From the NCBI RefSeq assembly GCF_031769215.1, contig NW_026781915.1:1736001-1800000 (forward strand): a DNA stretch of 64,000 nucleotides, given 5' to 3'. Below are positions 50,159 to 64,000 of the stretch, in pieces. The position numbers were made by a program, and so were the translations under genes. This DNA is from Ylistrum balloti (lineage: Eukaryota). Each line of letters opens with the position of its first letter. The stretch's first letter is position 1. The notes beneath the pieces were generated by a model. That model was not told the DNA's origin and searched no databases. It saw only the letters and a program-made list of their open reading frames with translations.

Positions 50159-53100
50159 ATGGCAGACTCTGATGGAACAGGAGGTTGTGACAGCAGCCAT
50201 CATGCCAGTGAAGCAGAAAGAGTTAGTTTTGAGGGAATCAATGCCTTGGGACAAACAGAGGAATTAGGGGGAGGAATTTCTCCACTGTACAATCCCTGGA
50301 CACAATTCACTGGTATGCCTACTCACAACATTTCAGAGTCAGCAGGAACCTTTGCCTGGGATGTTTTCACACCTTCCAGTACCTCTAATTCCTCATACGG
50401 TGCCTCTATAGGAGACCTGGACATAAACAGTCACAGAAACTTCCTCTCTAATTGTCAAAATTTACTTTCTGGCATTGGGACAAACCCCCCTGCAGAAGCT
50501 CCATTACAAGAGGGTTTTAGTCCACCAGAAACATTGAGCTCAAGTTTTCAAGAAAATGCCAAAGAAGGAAAGGAAAAATATGCAGAAGCTGTTGCCAATT
50601 GGAAGTCCTTGTATGACCCTTTTGGAACCCCTGAACCACTATCCAAAGATCACAATACTGGTTCTGTCATAGAAAATACAGAGAAACAACAAAATCCTGG
50701 AGCGAGCAACAGCAAGCCTACATATTCTGACATTGCTAAAGCCCTTAAATCAATGCCTATAAAAAATCAGCCTAGTAAAGACACTGAAGAGTCCGATACT
50801 GTGAAGAAAAAAGTTAATGACCCTGTCAGTAAAGTTTATAAACCACATGTTTTAACCAGAAGGCCACACTTGCAACGCCAGCATTCCAAAAGTCTGCCTG
50901 GTCACGGGGATGACATGGAGTCCAAGGTTTCTCCAGATTCCAAGTATGGCCTTGACCAGTTTGAAGACTTGAACTCGGGTGATGGTGGAGTAGAGAAACA
51001 TAAGAGTGTGAGTATGGAAAGTATTCCACTACTGACAAGGAAGGGAAGCACAAGCAGCATGAGCAGTGGCACTAGTGGAATAGAAGACATCTCCTTGACG
51101 TCTGGTCGGACTGGCTGCAATATTAAACATGAAGAAAGTGTCGGCAAACCAAGATCACAATCTGATGCTTCATCAGAGAAGGTAGTTAACAATAATAAAA
51201 GTTCTGCTTCAAAAGCTTTCTTCGATGCCAGACGAATTTTCCAAACAAAAGAAAAAAGAGTAGCAGAGTCATCTTCAGGAGCCTCTAATACAATGCTCAA
51301 CAATGGAAAGCCAGCTAGTGGTACAAAATCTTCCTCATCTGCTCACAAAAAGACAACAGAGTTCATCAACAATGACCTTAGAGACTCGACTAGAAAGAAG
51401 ACAAACCAGAATGCACAACCCAAAGACTCAGAGTGTAAAAAGCATGAAAATATTGTGCAGAATGGGAAGGCAGACAAAAAATCTAAGCACTCCAGTGGTC
51501 ATTATACATCAGATTCCACGGGTCCTGCCACTAGGAATGGTAGAGGTGGACGCAGACCCATGTTTTTGGAGTCAACATTTGACCAGGAGTATATAGGTAA
51601 TTGCAGTACGCAAAATCAATGTTATGATAGGAAATATTGTCAGGGGATCACTTGTTCAAATTTGCAGTATTAAGTATTTCAATGGCTGCTTTAATTAAGG
51701 TTAACTGTTAAGTACATGTGACCTGTATAAGATTCCAACATTGATTAATATAATGGCTGGTATATTGCTCTGTTTTTTTTCCAGATGAATGGATTAACTA
51801 TGTCTATGACAAGGTGCGATACCTTCTCTCCATCCTATGGTCTACTCTGGTCACAACACTGCTTCTTCTCTTTGGACTTATCATCTACCTGTAAGTACAC
51901 CTCAATTATCACCCTTTAGTTAGTGGCAGCCTATACTCAGAATTAAGTCCCTCTGTACCTTTAGTTTTAGCACAGATATGTTGTTATGACCATAGCAACA
52001 AAATTAAGGATATATGTAAATGAAAGCACTAATGTTTAAGTCTACGTTCTTCAAGTTTATTATATTATATATATATAGAAAATAGAAACACTTCTGATAA
52101 GTAAAGCATGATTGATTTTTTCAAAACCTTCCAATGCTTTATTTTTTATATATATGTACTAGACACTGCAAATTTGAACTTTCTAATATATGGTATATAC
52201 TTGATCAAGTGGGGTTGGAAGTGGGGGGTTCTTGTACTGTAGCCATGGTCATTAAAGTTTGATTGGTCAAACAAAAACATGTATATCTAAAAACTTTCGT
52301 GTTCTATTTTGGGAGATATTGAATACTGATTAGCAAGATTGTGAATACTGGTTGCTAAAACTTTTGTGTTTAATTTTGGGAGATATTGAACACTGATTAG
52401 CAAGATTGTGAATACTGGTTGCTAAAACTTTGGTAAAAACAAAAACACATAACAGGTGTATCTAAAAACTTTCGTGTTCTATTTTGGGAGATATTGAATA
52501 CTGATTAGCAAGATTGTGAATACTGGTTGCTAAAACTTTTGTGTTTAATTTTGGGAGATATTGAACACTGATTAGCAAGATTGTGAATACTGGTTGCTAA
52601 AACTTTGGTAAAAACAAAAACACATAACAGGTATATCTAAAAACTTTTGTGTTTAATTTTGGGAGATATTGAACACTGATTAGCAAGATTGTGAATACTG
52701 GTTGCTAAAACTTTTGTGTTTAATTTTGGGAGATATTGAACATTGATTAGCAAGATTGTGAATACTGGTTGCTAAAACTTTGGTAAAAACAAAAACACAT
52801 AACAGGTATATCTAAAAACTTGTACATGTTTGGTTTCGGGAGACTGAACACAAAACCTCCCATGTATGAGTAACCTCAGACTGGTATTAGTTATCCTTGA
52901 GATTACAGCTGTAGTTGAATGTACTATCTTTGTGTACAGTTACTCAGAATGAATAATGGAAAATTCTTTCCAAATTAGAAACAATTAACACAAGAAAAAA
53001 GTACGTATAAATATTTATTTTCTCATGGTGAATTTTTTTTTCAGAGTCAATGTGATTGTTCATGTGATTGGCATTGCTTGGTCAAAAATTTCCTACCTGG

Positions 53101-56100
53101 TGAAAACCTATATTTTGAAAAGATATTTCAAAGATGCCAGTTCCTGGCCAACAGGAAGTGGAACAAGAAAAATTGGATTGGAAGAAAGCATAACTTTGCC
53201 CTCTACAGGTTAGTGGTGACTTTCTATTAGGGAACATCATCATGCATTTTGTTTTTTATCATCATGCTTACAGAGTATCATGCATGGGAGTTTAGTATTT
53301 GCATCTGTTGGTCATAATGTCTGTTCAACAACAAAATTTTATTCTCTTCAGCAATTTCATTTTTATCCAACAGATGAGAAATATCTTCTTTCTACCCAAG
53401 GACTATATTCAAGTTTAACTTCAGTTCTCTCGGCCCATCAGACTCAAATTTTCTCCAGCTCTTCTTTATAGAGTGTGTCGGCATGAGATTGATTTTCAGG
53501 GCTGACAATCAAGGCCACTCTCATTATGAATAAGCAGTTGGTTTCTCCAGGCAGGCAATGCATCAACTTACGGAATTCTGGTTATTTATAAACTTTGTAT
53601 TCTCCCCATAATCTAAAGGAACATCATGGTAAATCATTTTACAAAAATGTATCAGAATTAGAATGGACATGTTTACACCCCACAATTATGCTGATAAGCT
53701 ATCTTGATACTCAAAGTTGATCATGAATATTCAGTTTGACCACTCACATTGTTCAGAAAACCTTTTAAATACATATAGCTGATAACAGATTAAGACAAGG
53801 TAGAGCGATTAGAGACATAATTTGCATCAACTGCAATAATGAAGGCTGAAAACAAGGTTTATGTGAAATGATATTTTTGTATGAATGTTTCACACTGTTT
53901 ACAACAGCTTAAATGTAAAATTTAAACTTTCAGTACACATTATGAAGTATTTGTCCTTTCACTATCACAATTTTCCCGTTTGGAGCCTGTTTACAACACA
54001 CATTGATTTACTTGAGTACTGCCAGCTCTGTCATTCCTGTGGCAATTGATTCACTGTTTGAGTTCTTTATATTGGTCGATCCTCGCAGTATTTGACAACT
54101 CTGTCCTTTGTAGCTAACACAGTGCCCTTTTATTTGTTCATGACTAATTCACTATTGACACCATGTTGTTGACAATAGGTTCTTCAACCAACACATGCAG
54201 TCAGTTACTGCTAAAAATTGGTTATAATGGAAAATCCTGTTATATTATTGGTTGTATAATAGTGAACCTCATGTTATTTGAAAAATTATGAATTGTTAGA
54301 TTTTTTGTTCTCAGTAAATTCTAACATTTTTCAATTTAAGAAATTATACCACATCTGTTGATGCAGAATTTTGGAAAAGAGAGAAAAGAAATTAGTTATG
54401 TGGAAATATCTTGATGTATGCTGCATTAATTACCAAATAAATATATTTTATTGAGTTCATGGTGACTAACATTTTCTTCTTCATGTTTTTCTTTCTCTTG
54501 TTTTTTTTCACAATTTGTTCCATTTCTACTTGATTCTTAGTATAACCATTATTAAACTTCACAGATGGATCGCTGACTTTGGTCAGACTTTGCATTTAGT
54601 TCTATTTTCTATTTCTTTGGTAACACAACTTTCATACACGGCTTGCGAGCAACTGATGTGAAGCTTGAAAGCATTCTCTATAGAATCAAAATATAACTTG
54701 GGTCAACCTTCACTATTTTGTCACAAGTTCTAGCTGTTCATATAACACAAGAGTAATAATAGCACAATAAGATAATATGATAACATTTACAAACAAGTGT
54801 TAATTAAAAAAAATACAATTATAGGTAGATTTAATTTTAGTTTTAAATAATGATTATTTTTCCAGGTGATGAAGCCATGCAGAGGCTTTTAGCTTGTAAA
54901 GGGAAAGATCCATATAGGTAAGCTGCATAACTTTTGGGCATTACTGTAATGAATTGCAGAGTAAAGCTGGAGTTATTTCCCTTGACTAAATGCAGACAAG
55001 TCATTGTAAAATGAAAGAGTTGTATGGATTAATACAATTTACCTGTAATTATTACAACAAATTGTATACATTACTGAAACATGATCAGATTGATTTAACT
55101 CTCATAAGCTTTGTAATGTCTGTGTTCAGAAATTGTGTTTTGTTGTTTTCAGTATATTAGGACTACGCTCTGATGCCTGTGATGATGATATTAGAAAGTA
55201 TTACAGAAAACAAGCTGTTCTTGTACATCCAGATAAGGTAAGCATATTTACATCTGTAAAGCAGTTTTAATCCAAGGACTCATTTGAAATATTAGAATTT
55301 GGTGAGGATACATTAAATTTTGATATTTTACTTTAATCAGGACAACTCCTAACCATCAATATTTCTTGATTGGTTGGGAAAAAAAGGCACAACATTTATA
55401 AGAGTTCATGTAAATAACAATGCAAAACGTCATGTGGTAGCATTTCTGTGCAGTGAATTGATAGAATTTTCTTCTATGTTACTATAAATCTGAAAGACGG
55501 AAGTTGATTTCATTTTACAATGTCTGTGTTCTTGTTCAGACGAAATCATGCTTCCTTTGCAATTTCTTTGGCCTAAAATTAATTTGTTTTATTTATTCTA
55601 AATCCCCTTTCATAAGTCCTGTGATAACACAATTGTTTAAATTACACTCTTTTAGAATAAGCAGCCAGGTGCAGAAGAGGCCTTTAAAATTTTAGGACAT
55701 GCTTTTGAATTGATTGGTGAACCGGTGAGTACTGCACATGTTTAATCAATTAGTATGATTACAGAGGTGGCACCTGGCAAGCCATAAAGAAGAAGGCATA
55801 TTCATGTACCTGTCATTTACATAATATTCATCTAAATATGACAAATACTTTGTACTATGGGAAAACAGTTAATAGTAAAATTTATTTCAAGAAAACAGAG
55901 GAATGCAATATTATCAAGTAAGTAAAAGCTACAAATTTGAAAATCATTTTATATTTTGTCCAGTATACATAAGCATTGATTTGTTTTGATTGTGTATTGT
56001 GCTTATCAGTTACAAATGTTTTAATTTTGTAGGAGAAACGCAAAAGCTATGATTTTGAAGCTACAGAGGTTGAAGTGGTTTTAGTAAGTATTTCATTTAT

Positions 56101-59100
56101 TTTAAATACATTTTGGGATTCTGATGGTAATTGAAAGTGTCATGTCATCAACTGTATGTCAAGTTAACACTTTTATTGCTATAAAAAAAAAGCTATGTTG
56201 TCATATATAAAGTTTTTCGTGTCCTTGGTGATAATTTCCTTACCAAATTTTATTTTTGGGGTTTAAAGGAATTATCTGTGTTAGTCTACTTGATTGCCAT
56301 TGAAGAATAAGAGGTAGGCTGTCAATTAAAACATCCTCAGAATATAGCAAACCTTTCAGCAGTTTTCATCCAAATTTCATAAAACTCTGACATTATTATC
56401 ACTTTTAAGTCACTTTGAAGTGAGGGGTTCTATCCCTTATTGATTTTAGTAAAGAATGTTCTAAAAGCTTTTTTGATGCAGATTTTCTGAATGTTTACAG
56501 TTGAATTGATCACATGTACATAGTGATATTAGCATACCATTTTAAAGTAGTACCAGACTGTTTTAATGGAAGCTATACATTTGTGAAATCCCTAACAAAT
56601 TAATTCTTATTTGTAATGGTTTAAGGATCATCAAAAGATAATATCTTTTTGCTTGATATATTTTTTGTTATGGAGGAGTGGTGGTTTTAATTTGACTGGG
56701 GCTTACAGTCTTACTCTATAAATATTTTGTTGGAGTTGAAGAACCTGAAATATAATATTGATTGGATCCTGATCATTTCAGTCAAATATTTTACTGTTTA
56801 TTGAAGTTTCTTTTTTCAATGGAAATGTTTTGTTTATCTTTGTAGAAAGACCTATTGACAAAATTACAGGAGGTAAGTTTTAAGTAGGATCCATTAGAGA
56901 AAGAGAAATTGCTTATTGCTAAAGTGTATGGAGATAAGGTGTCTTAATTGAGTTAGCTCATGCACAGGCTTACTCCCTGAAAATGAAGAGACCAATTATC
57001 AAGTAATATCAAAAATCTTGTTGATCTTGGATACATGTGAAGATGATATGTATGTGTGATATAGTTATGACTTTAATTTTGCTTTAGATAATATTTCTTC
57101 ACATAACAAAACAGCAGTATCCCACTATTGAGATATAAAACTAAAAAGACAAACAAGTTCTGTGATGATATGTTTAAGAAGTATTGACACAGTAAGTGTT
57201 CCAACAGTTGTTGTGTGGTCTTACAGGCAGCTAACATGATGCGTTGTGACAATTGTGGCGGGAAACACAAGCGTACGTTAGTGGATCGACCCTGGTACAG
57301 TGCACGTTTCTGTAAGAGATGTAATATACGCCACTCAGCTAAGGAGGTAAGTGGTCGTTTTTCTTCACTTAAGATACCGCATACAGTGGTGTGATTGGCT
57401 CTTTTCAATAGATATAATAACTTTATCTCGTGTAACATAACTTTTCAGAAAGTTCCTTCATATTGTCAAATATGCTGTAACTAAGATTTTAACCGTGTGC
57501 AGTGTTTAAACCAAGTTGTTTATATTGTCAGGGAGATGTATGGGCAGAGACTTCCTATTTAGGTTTCTTATGGCATTACTATGCATGCATGGAAGGACAA
57601 ATTTTTGACATTACAGAATGGGTAGCCTGCAAGGTAAGAAAGTCAAAATCTGTTAAAAGGTCACTTGAAGAATTTTAAATCGTTTGAACCTGTTTGTAGC
57701 TGAAAAAATTATAACTTTTTTATATCATTTTGTATTGATTTGAAAAGGTGTTCCTTTGGTTTCTAGAAACTTCTCTTTTGATTTCCACAGTGGTTGATAT
57801 CACTGGTAACCTGATTGCACTGTTTTGGAAATCGTTGGAGTTTATGGATGCTATTGCCAAACTTTCATGTACACATATAACAAATAATAGGTTAAAGGTG
57901 TGATTAATTTTTTTCTGACCACATATGGATGTGTATTGCATACACAGGAGCAAGTTTCTGGAGGGTTTGGGGGTTAGAGGTTAAGTGAGAGATATTGGCA
58001 GAAGATGGGATGTTTACATTACAGTAGTATAGAAAAATAAGTTCTAGGTGTGGTAGGGGGAAATTTCTTGGTATATCAGTATTTCTTTTGAAGTCTGACC
58101 TGAACAGGTGATCAGATTTTTACTTAATTAGAGCTAAAGAATCCTAGGAAGAGGAGAATTCCAGGGTGTACTCTCATGTACCTTCCCAAGTGGCACAGCC
58201 CAACATGGACAAATTAATCTTTAAAATCTTGTTGTCTAAATCTTTTGGTTTGAGCTGATGTGAGGAAAGTATCTCAGCATCATATGAACCAATGTGGGCA
58301 GTAGCAGAAATTTGGGTAAATCTTTCTTGCATTAAAGGGTTTCCTAAATTAGTGGGCAGCATTTTTGATTCAAGGGTGTGGCAACCTTCCCTAACACCAA
58401 ACCTCTAAAAGTAGAGAGATAAATATCTGTGCAACATGAATTTAGTTGATAAATTGTTAATCTTCACCATATTATCATGATCCTATAACAGTGGTTTTTT
58501 TTCACTCATTTGCAGAAAGATTTCTTTAAACATATGCAAGCCAGTGCCCATCATGTGTTCTATAGGATAGCAACTGAGGGCAGTCGAGGAAATTCCAATC
58601 AACAGAGGACAGGGTAAATGATCCGTTATGTTAGAAGTAACATTTTTAGTGGAATGGGATCCAGTTCTAATGTTTTGTTCCAGGAGCATATTTGCTGGTT
58701 TTGAAATGGAAAAACAGAAACAACTTTATTGGTATAAAATAGGACCATTAATCATCAACACCAACAGCTGATTGTATCACCTGTTAGGCCTCATATGTTG
58801 ATCTCTGTCAGCATCTTCATGAAAATGTCCATGCAATACCGATAGCTCTAAAATAATAACAAAGATTTTCATGTAACTAACCAAAAGTACTTTAATATGT
58901 AAATAACCTGCTTCTGTATTTACACCTGTTGTTCAGAGTCCAGCAAAGTGTTAAGCCTATTTTTAAATTTTGATGCCTAAAGCAGTTCCATATCATGGAT
59001 TTTAAATTCAATATGGCTGCCACCAGCATTTTTGCATGGGATTCCTGCAGGAAATATTTCAATTCTATAAATTTTCTACAAGCCCTTTGAGCAAGAATCA

Positions 59101-59856
59101 CTTTTAGAAGTTGATTTTAAATCAGGTTTCAGATCAAAAGTTCAATATGACTACCAGTAACCATTTAAGATTAAAAATTGTTATTTTTAACAAGTCCACT
59201 TCTCAGGAACATGTGTTTTATATTTTACTCATCAAGGCTTTAAATAAACTGATGGTCAGATAGGTTATATAAGTAAACTTTATCTATATATGACGGTATA
59301 AACTTGATGTTTAAGATGATTACATGTGATGGTCAGATAGGTTATATAAGTAAACTTTATCTATATATGACGGTATAAACTTGATGTTTAAGATGATTAC
59401 ATGTGATGGTCAGATAGGTTATATAAGTAAACTTTATCTATATATGACGGTATAAACTTGATGTTTAAGATGATTACATGTGATGGTCAGATAGGTTATA
59501 TAAGTAAACTTTATCTATATATGACGGTATAAACTTGATGTTTAAGATGATTACATGTGATGGTCAGATAGGTTATATAAGTAAACTTTATCTATATATG
59601 ACGGTATAAACTTGATGTTTAAGATGATTACATGTGATGGTCATGATTGCATTTGTTACTCTTTACATACTACAGGGAAGCAGATTTAGAAGATTTCATC
59701 AATCATTTATTCCATCAAGCCATGCATACTGACGGAAATGGTAACCAATGGCAACAACCTCAGACCCCTCAGCCTCCTCCCTCGCAGAATGGTCCGAATT
59801 GGAACACATCAGCCCCCACAGGGAAGAAGGGACGGAGAAGGAAGAAGAAGCATTAA
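50159..59856 (+). CDS. DNAJC14: DnaJ homolog subfamily C member 14 (Jiv / DRiP78 ortholog), about 830 aa
   Basis: Coding exons 50159-51596, 51785-51890, 53045-53208, 54866-54917, 55153-55237, 55656-55724, 56033-56083, 56846-56872, 57227-57346, 57532-57633, 58516-58613, 59676-59856 (TAA), all GT-AG and phase-compatible. Features: hydrophobic membrane segment (YLLSILWSTLVTTLLLLFGLIIYLVNVIVHVIGIAW); J domain (KDPYSILGL...IRKYYRKQAVLVHPDKNKQPGAEEAFKILGHAFELIGEPEKRKSYD); Jiv90-type domain (MMRCDNCGGKHKR...ARFCKRCNIRHSAKEGDVWAETSYLG...FDITEWVAC); basic C-terminus KKGRRRKKKH. An in-frame TGA at 50144 precedes the ATG. Confidence 0.95.
52270..52822. repeat. 175-bp higher-order repeat x3 in a DNAJC14 intron, containing 67-bp subrepeats
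   Basis: The anchor TATCTAAAAACT recurs at a 175-bp period (C at 52294, 52469, 52644, 52819). The internal 67-bp unit is AAAACTTTTGTGTTTAATTTTGGGAGATATTGAACACTGATTAGCAAGATTGTGAATACTGGTTGCT. Confidence 0.93.
59250..59642. repeat. Perfect 77-bp tandem repeat x5 in the last DNAJC14 intron
   Basis: TGATGGTCAGATAGGTTATATAAGTAAACTTTATCTATATATGACGGTATAAACTTGATGTTTAAGATGATTACATG; period 77 (59251, 59328 and onward), no differences seen. Confidence 0.98.
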
Positions 59857-60969
59857 TAGCATTGCTTGTACCCTTATACATTTGTAATGTCTGTCCGGTG
59901 CTGGTACTTCTCTGTCAACAATCAGCTCTTCACATTCTGTACTATGTTTGACTAATATCCATTTTATACATGGCTTTAGCTGTGTTATGTTTGGATATCA
60001 TGTTTTCAGAAGCTACTGTCAAGTGGAAATTTCTGCCAATTTATGCTTTTGATTTGCTTTAAACAGTTTGGGATGTGAATGGTCTTGTATTTGTAATGCT
60101 GCTGTAAAAACTACATTGTGAAATGGATTTGTCATCACATATCTTTTGTGTTTGTTTTCAAAATTAAATGTAATATTTGCTTATATTGTGCAGAAAAGTT
60201 CCACACACTGATATAGATATTAATACACAAATACTTGCCAGAACATTTTTGTTTAATGTTCCTTTACTATTTGTTATTGTGTTCATTACCCATTTATCAG
60301 ATTTATGATCTTTGTTGTACATCTTGGAGAATCACATTTGAAATCTTAATAATAATAGATCAGTTTAATTGCAGTTGTTCAGATATACTTAAGATTATTC
60401 TGGAAATGAAGATATATTTGAGGTGTTGGGACTTCATCTGCTATGAAAAGCATACTTGTTTCCAACTGTTACTCATCTATCATAACTGGGAAACAAATTT
60501 ACTAGAAGATAACAAGTGTGAAGAGCTGGTTGTGATCAGATAGTGCTGACACTAGTCTGCAAAGTTCAATTTCATTTGCACTTCATTATTTCAAACGCTA
60601 ATAATTCATGTTGTATTTAATGGTGTGATACATGTACTTGATTAATGAAAGGCCTTAATAATAGACTCATGTTTTGCTGGTCTTAATTTTACCAATCAAT
60701 AGCAATCATTTATATGCGCTATGTTGTGTAATGTGTGAATGTGCCAAATAAGCATTTCTTTTCTTCAGAGGCTTGGTTTATTGTACAAGTTGAATGTGCA
60801 TATGTAACATAATTTAGTGATGATTTTGAATTAAGATAACTAAACAAAAATTATTTCAAAGCAAAAGATACTTGTGACTGTACACTATTAGTAAGATTTA
60901 TAAACAGTGTGAATACTACTACAATAGTATTATAATGTATTGTCATTTTACATGCATACATTTTTTGAG

Positions 60970-60975
60970 AATAAA
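60970..60975 (+). promoter_or_regulatory. Candidate polyadenylation signal of DNAJC14
   Basis: AATAAA about 1.1 kb downstream of the stop codon. Further AATAAA near 61397 and 61709 are alternatives. Confidence 0.35.
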
Positions 60976-63900
60976 TTAAAAATGTGTTAAAGCCAAGCAG
61001 ACAGATAAATTTTCACAAAGATTTGTACTAAATACAATTTTGTACATCCACTGGTATCAATTTCTGTATTGTAAAACTTTGGAATGATTATGATAAAAAA
61101 TTCATGCAGTAAAATTTGATTTAAGAGAGTGGTTTGATATACACAAATCAAAGTCTTTTGAATGGTATTGGTTTTAGAGTGTTGTGGTACTGATATATTT
61201 AAATAAGATTACAAAATTTGTAATGGTTATTCCATACCTAAATACATATACATCACAAGATGATATCACTGCCATACACAGTTGTCTAAAAGGCTTTTGA
61301 CTATCCGAGAAACTTTCTTGATTATGTCCAGATGATAATCAAAATGTGTTGGTATTTTTTTCGTAGGAAGACAAAGTGGAAAAAAAAAATTGCATGAATA
61401 AACAAACATATTTCTTGGTAGTCCGAACCTATGCAGACTGACGTACTTGGGTATTTATAAACTTTTTATAACCAGTATTATTAATTTTATTGGTGAGTGA
61501 TATATAAAGACACCAGTAGCAGGCAGTATGAAAGGCTTTAGTAGGCATTGAAGGTCCCGGTTAATGTATAGTACACTAGTACTACATGTAAGTGTTCAAA
61601 TTACCTGTCTCAGTAATAGAAATATATATATATATATAATTTCATTTACATAGGATAAATTATTTCCTTGTTCTTGCCCTATTTCCTACATTACTTCGTG
61701 ACACTTTCAATAAAAGCTGTCATGTTTCTAGTGGGGGTGGGGGGTTGAAATTAAAACAATGCAGAGCAAAATTACTGGAACCTAATTATACAAGTCTTGT
61801 TAATATTAGATTCAAATAGGTAAATCTCTGCTGCTGGTGTGTAATTATACTAGTCATTTATCTATTTGACTTGCTCAACTACCGGAGTCCTGTGATTTAG
61901 TCTGTAAGCTACTTTATTCTAGTTGTAAATGTCAATTTATGAGTGAAACTCAGTTGTGCAAGGTTGTGAACTGGTTTTGTCAGTTGAGTATGTCACTTTG
62001 ACCACCCTTAATCTTGTTAGCAGACTCAGTTGACTCATAATTGGAGCCCAGTTAAATGAGCCCAATATTGCTTGAGCTCAGACAAGTAAGACTGCAGGGC
62101 AGTTGGGCAATTAAAAAGCTGTTAAATTAAGTTGCTTATATATTAGGTTATCAGAGGTGCTTATACTATTCCAAAGTGGTGAGTTCTTATGATTGTTCAT
62201 AAGGGTCACTGTGAATTTGTTTAATGGAAGAAGGAAGGAGTGGTATATTATATTCATTATTTGGAAGTTACAAATCAAATAAACTGAGATAGAAATGACA
62301 GATATCTGATTGTTAAGGTAAAGAGATAAGTTTCGCAAAAATGGAATATTAAAACAAGACTACTTCTGCTCTACGAGAACAGCAACACATTTTTTATTCC
62401 TCTTTCAAATGCAATACACTTGTTAACTGTAATACCTACCTACAATGTACTTTACCTACAAACATGCCTACTTATGCAGTAACTAGGAGACATTTGTAGG
62501 TTCTCATCCCAGAACAACTTTTTTCGAGAGGTTGTTGGACAGAATCAGAGGTAGGAAATCTAATTAGGAATAGAAAGGATTTCTTTACAGGTCCCAAGTT
62601 TCTTTTATGGGAGTTAGTTTCTTTTTTTTTTTTTTTCTCAGAATTAAGAATTTTTGTGTTGCTCATACTAAATATCTGAAGGCTAAGTGTTGGATTGTTG
62701 TCGTGAATGATTCAGGAGCAAAGTATTCCTAATTGTGAAATATGAAAACAAGAAACCCTATCATGTATGTGTTGATTTGGGGATAATAGTTCAACTCAAC
62801 ATTGTTTATGCTTATAAAAAAGTTACAATTACAGAGTTTGTACTTGGCTGTTAATACTTCTTTAGGTTACTGGCTTCAGTACCAAATATGTCTTCAAACT
62901 GAAAATTTTATTGTCTGTATACTGTGTTGTCTAATATTTCTGGTTAATTTTTCTGCTGTTTTAGTTACTAGTAAGTTTCTGTCAGCTTGTGTAAGAATGA
63001 GTTTTACACATTCCTTGTACTTCATAGTTCTAATGTGAACATCTATTGCTAAACACAATCATTACAATACATATCATGGTACATTTGGTTTTCACATTAT
63101 GGTGAATGAATCGGCACTCGTCCTTCCATAACTACTTCAACATCATCATTTTGGTATTTAAAATTACCATCTCTCTGTTTCAATATAGTTATATGTTTGG
63201 TAATACATGTTTAAAGCTTGTGTCATTTCATCACAATGATAAACTATATCTCATTAAAGATCATGTATATCAGTGGCTGTTTGACCAGATATATATTCTC
63301 TCGTAATGGCTTTAAATGTGCCTGATTCTTGGGGCAAGAAGGCATGCTTGTAATGAGTTTTCAAGTAAACATGTATGCCTATAGATTTACGAGAAGAATA
63401 CGATAGATTTTTTTTTCTTTTTTCGAAAGGGTTTTAATTTTTAAGGAAGTAAGCAAATCGGGAACAAAGATATGATGAAAATAAATCATTAGAAATAATA
63501 TAGTCAATTTATGCTTTCAGTGAAAATTTATTCCATAATTTCTGTTTTTAAATTTTGATGAATAAGTGAAAATTTGATCTATTGAAAAAGAAGTGTTTAC
63601 AGTTTGGTGATTGGGTCAGTGACAGCAGTATCCTTGTGTCACATTCTGTGAGTAGTCTGGCAGGGAACAATATGATGCCTTTGTTGATTGAGAGTTGCTT
63701 GGTTTTGAGCAATGACTTCACATTGAAGTTGTATTCTCCATGCTGATCATTAAACATATTGAACATTGTCACTCTAGAGTGAAATCATATAATTTATCTT
63801 CATTTATTTGCATATTATTTATGTAGGTTATATTTGGATGAGCATCATTCGTGAAACTGTAATCAACATACTGTGTTCATCAGTTTATGTTCAGTTAGTG

Positions 63901-64000
63901 ATAGTAGTATGATTTTAATCATTCAGTATAAAGTTAAATGCGGTTTGTTTGCCTTACTTATGTAAAATTCATTAGTATCATGTTTATTTGAAAGTCTAGA

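Noticed and set aside
51597-51673. ORF-track extension of the 504-aa ORF (…GNCSTQNQCY…LQY*) as a standalone gene
   Set aside because: A donor at 51597 splices in phase to 51785 and continues into the DNAJC14 membrane segment and J domain, so the extension is intron read-through.
2618-59642. Regularly spaced direct repeats as CRISPR arrays
   Set aside because: Units are head-to-tail with no unique spacers, there are no cas genes, and the context is a spliced eukaryotic locus.

Overview
AT-rich, intron-rich animal genomic DNA. A bivalve, possibly a scallop, is inferred from the extreme minisatellite load and a pearl/HINE-like repeat. Three protein-coding genes are supported. (1) A 5'-incomplete multi-exon + strand gene (40..38209; 15 exons with consistent splice phases, plus one possible cassette exon) encodes at least 685 aa of a protein I cannot name, whose C-terminal part is low-complexity and carries many RPxS motifs. 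(2) An intronless ankyrin-repeat-only gene (20428..21753, - strand, 441 aa) is nested antisense inside the 13.7-kb intron of gene 1. (3) A complete DNAJC14 (Jiv) ortholog (50159..59856, + strand, 12 coding exons, about 830 aa) has a J domain with HPD and a Jiv90 zinc domain. About 18 mostly unrelated tandem-repeat arrays are present. Several start within about 15 bp of splice donors or contain splice-site-like words. A CpG-retaining intergenic block (about 44.8-49 kb) holds transposon relics and the probable DNAJC14 promoter. I found no rRNA, tRNA, CRISPR array or intact transposon. The most notable items are the nested ankyrin gene, the link between minisatellites and splice junctions, and a frame-preserving Cys-rich repeat ORF. 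None of these is demonstrated to be a new system from sequence alone. All exon models and counts were made by hand.
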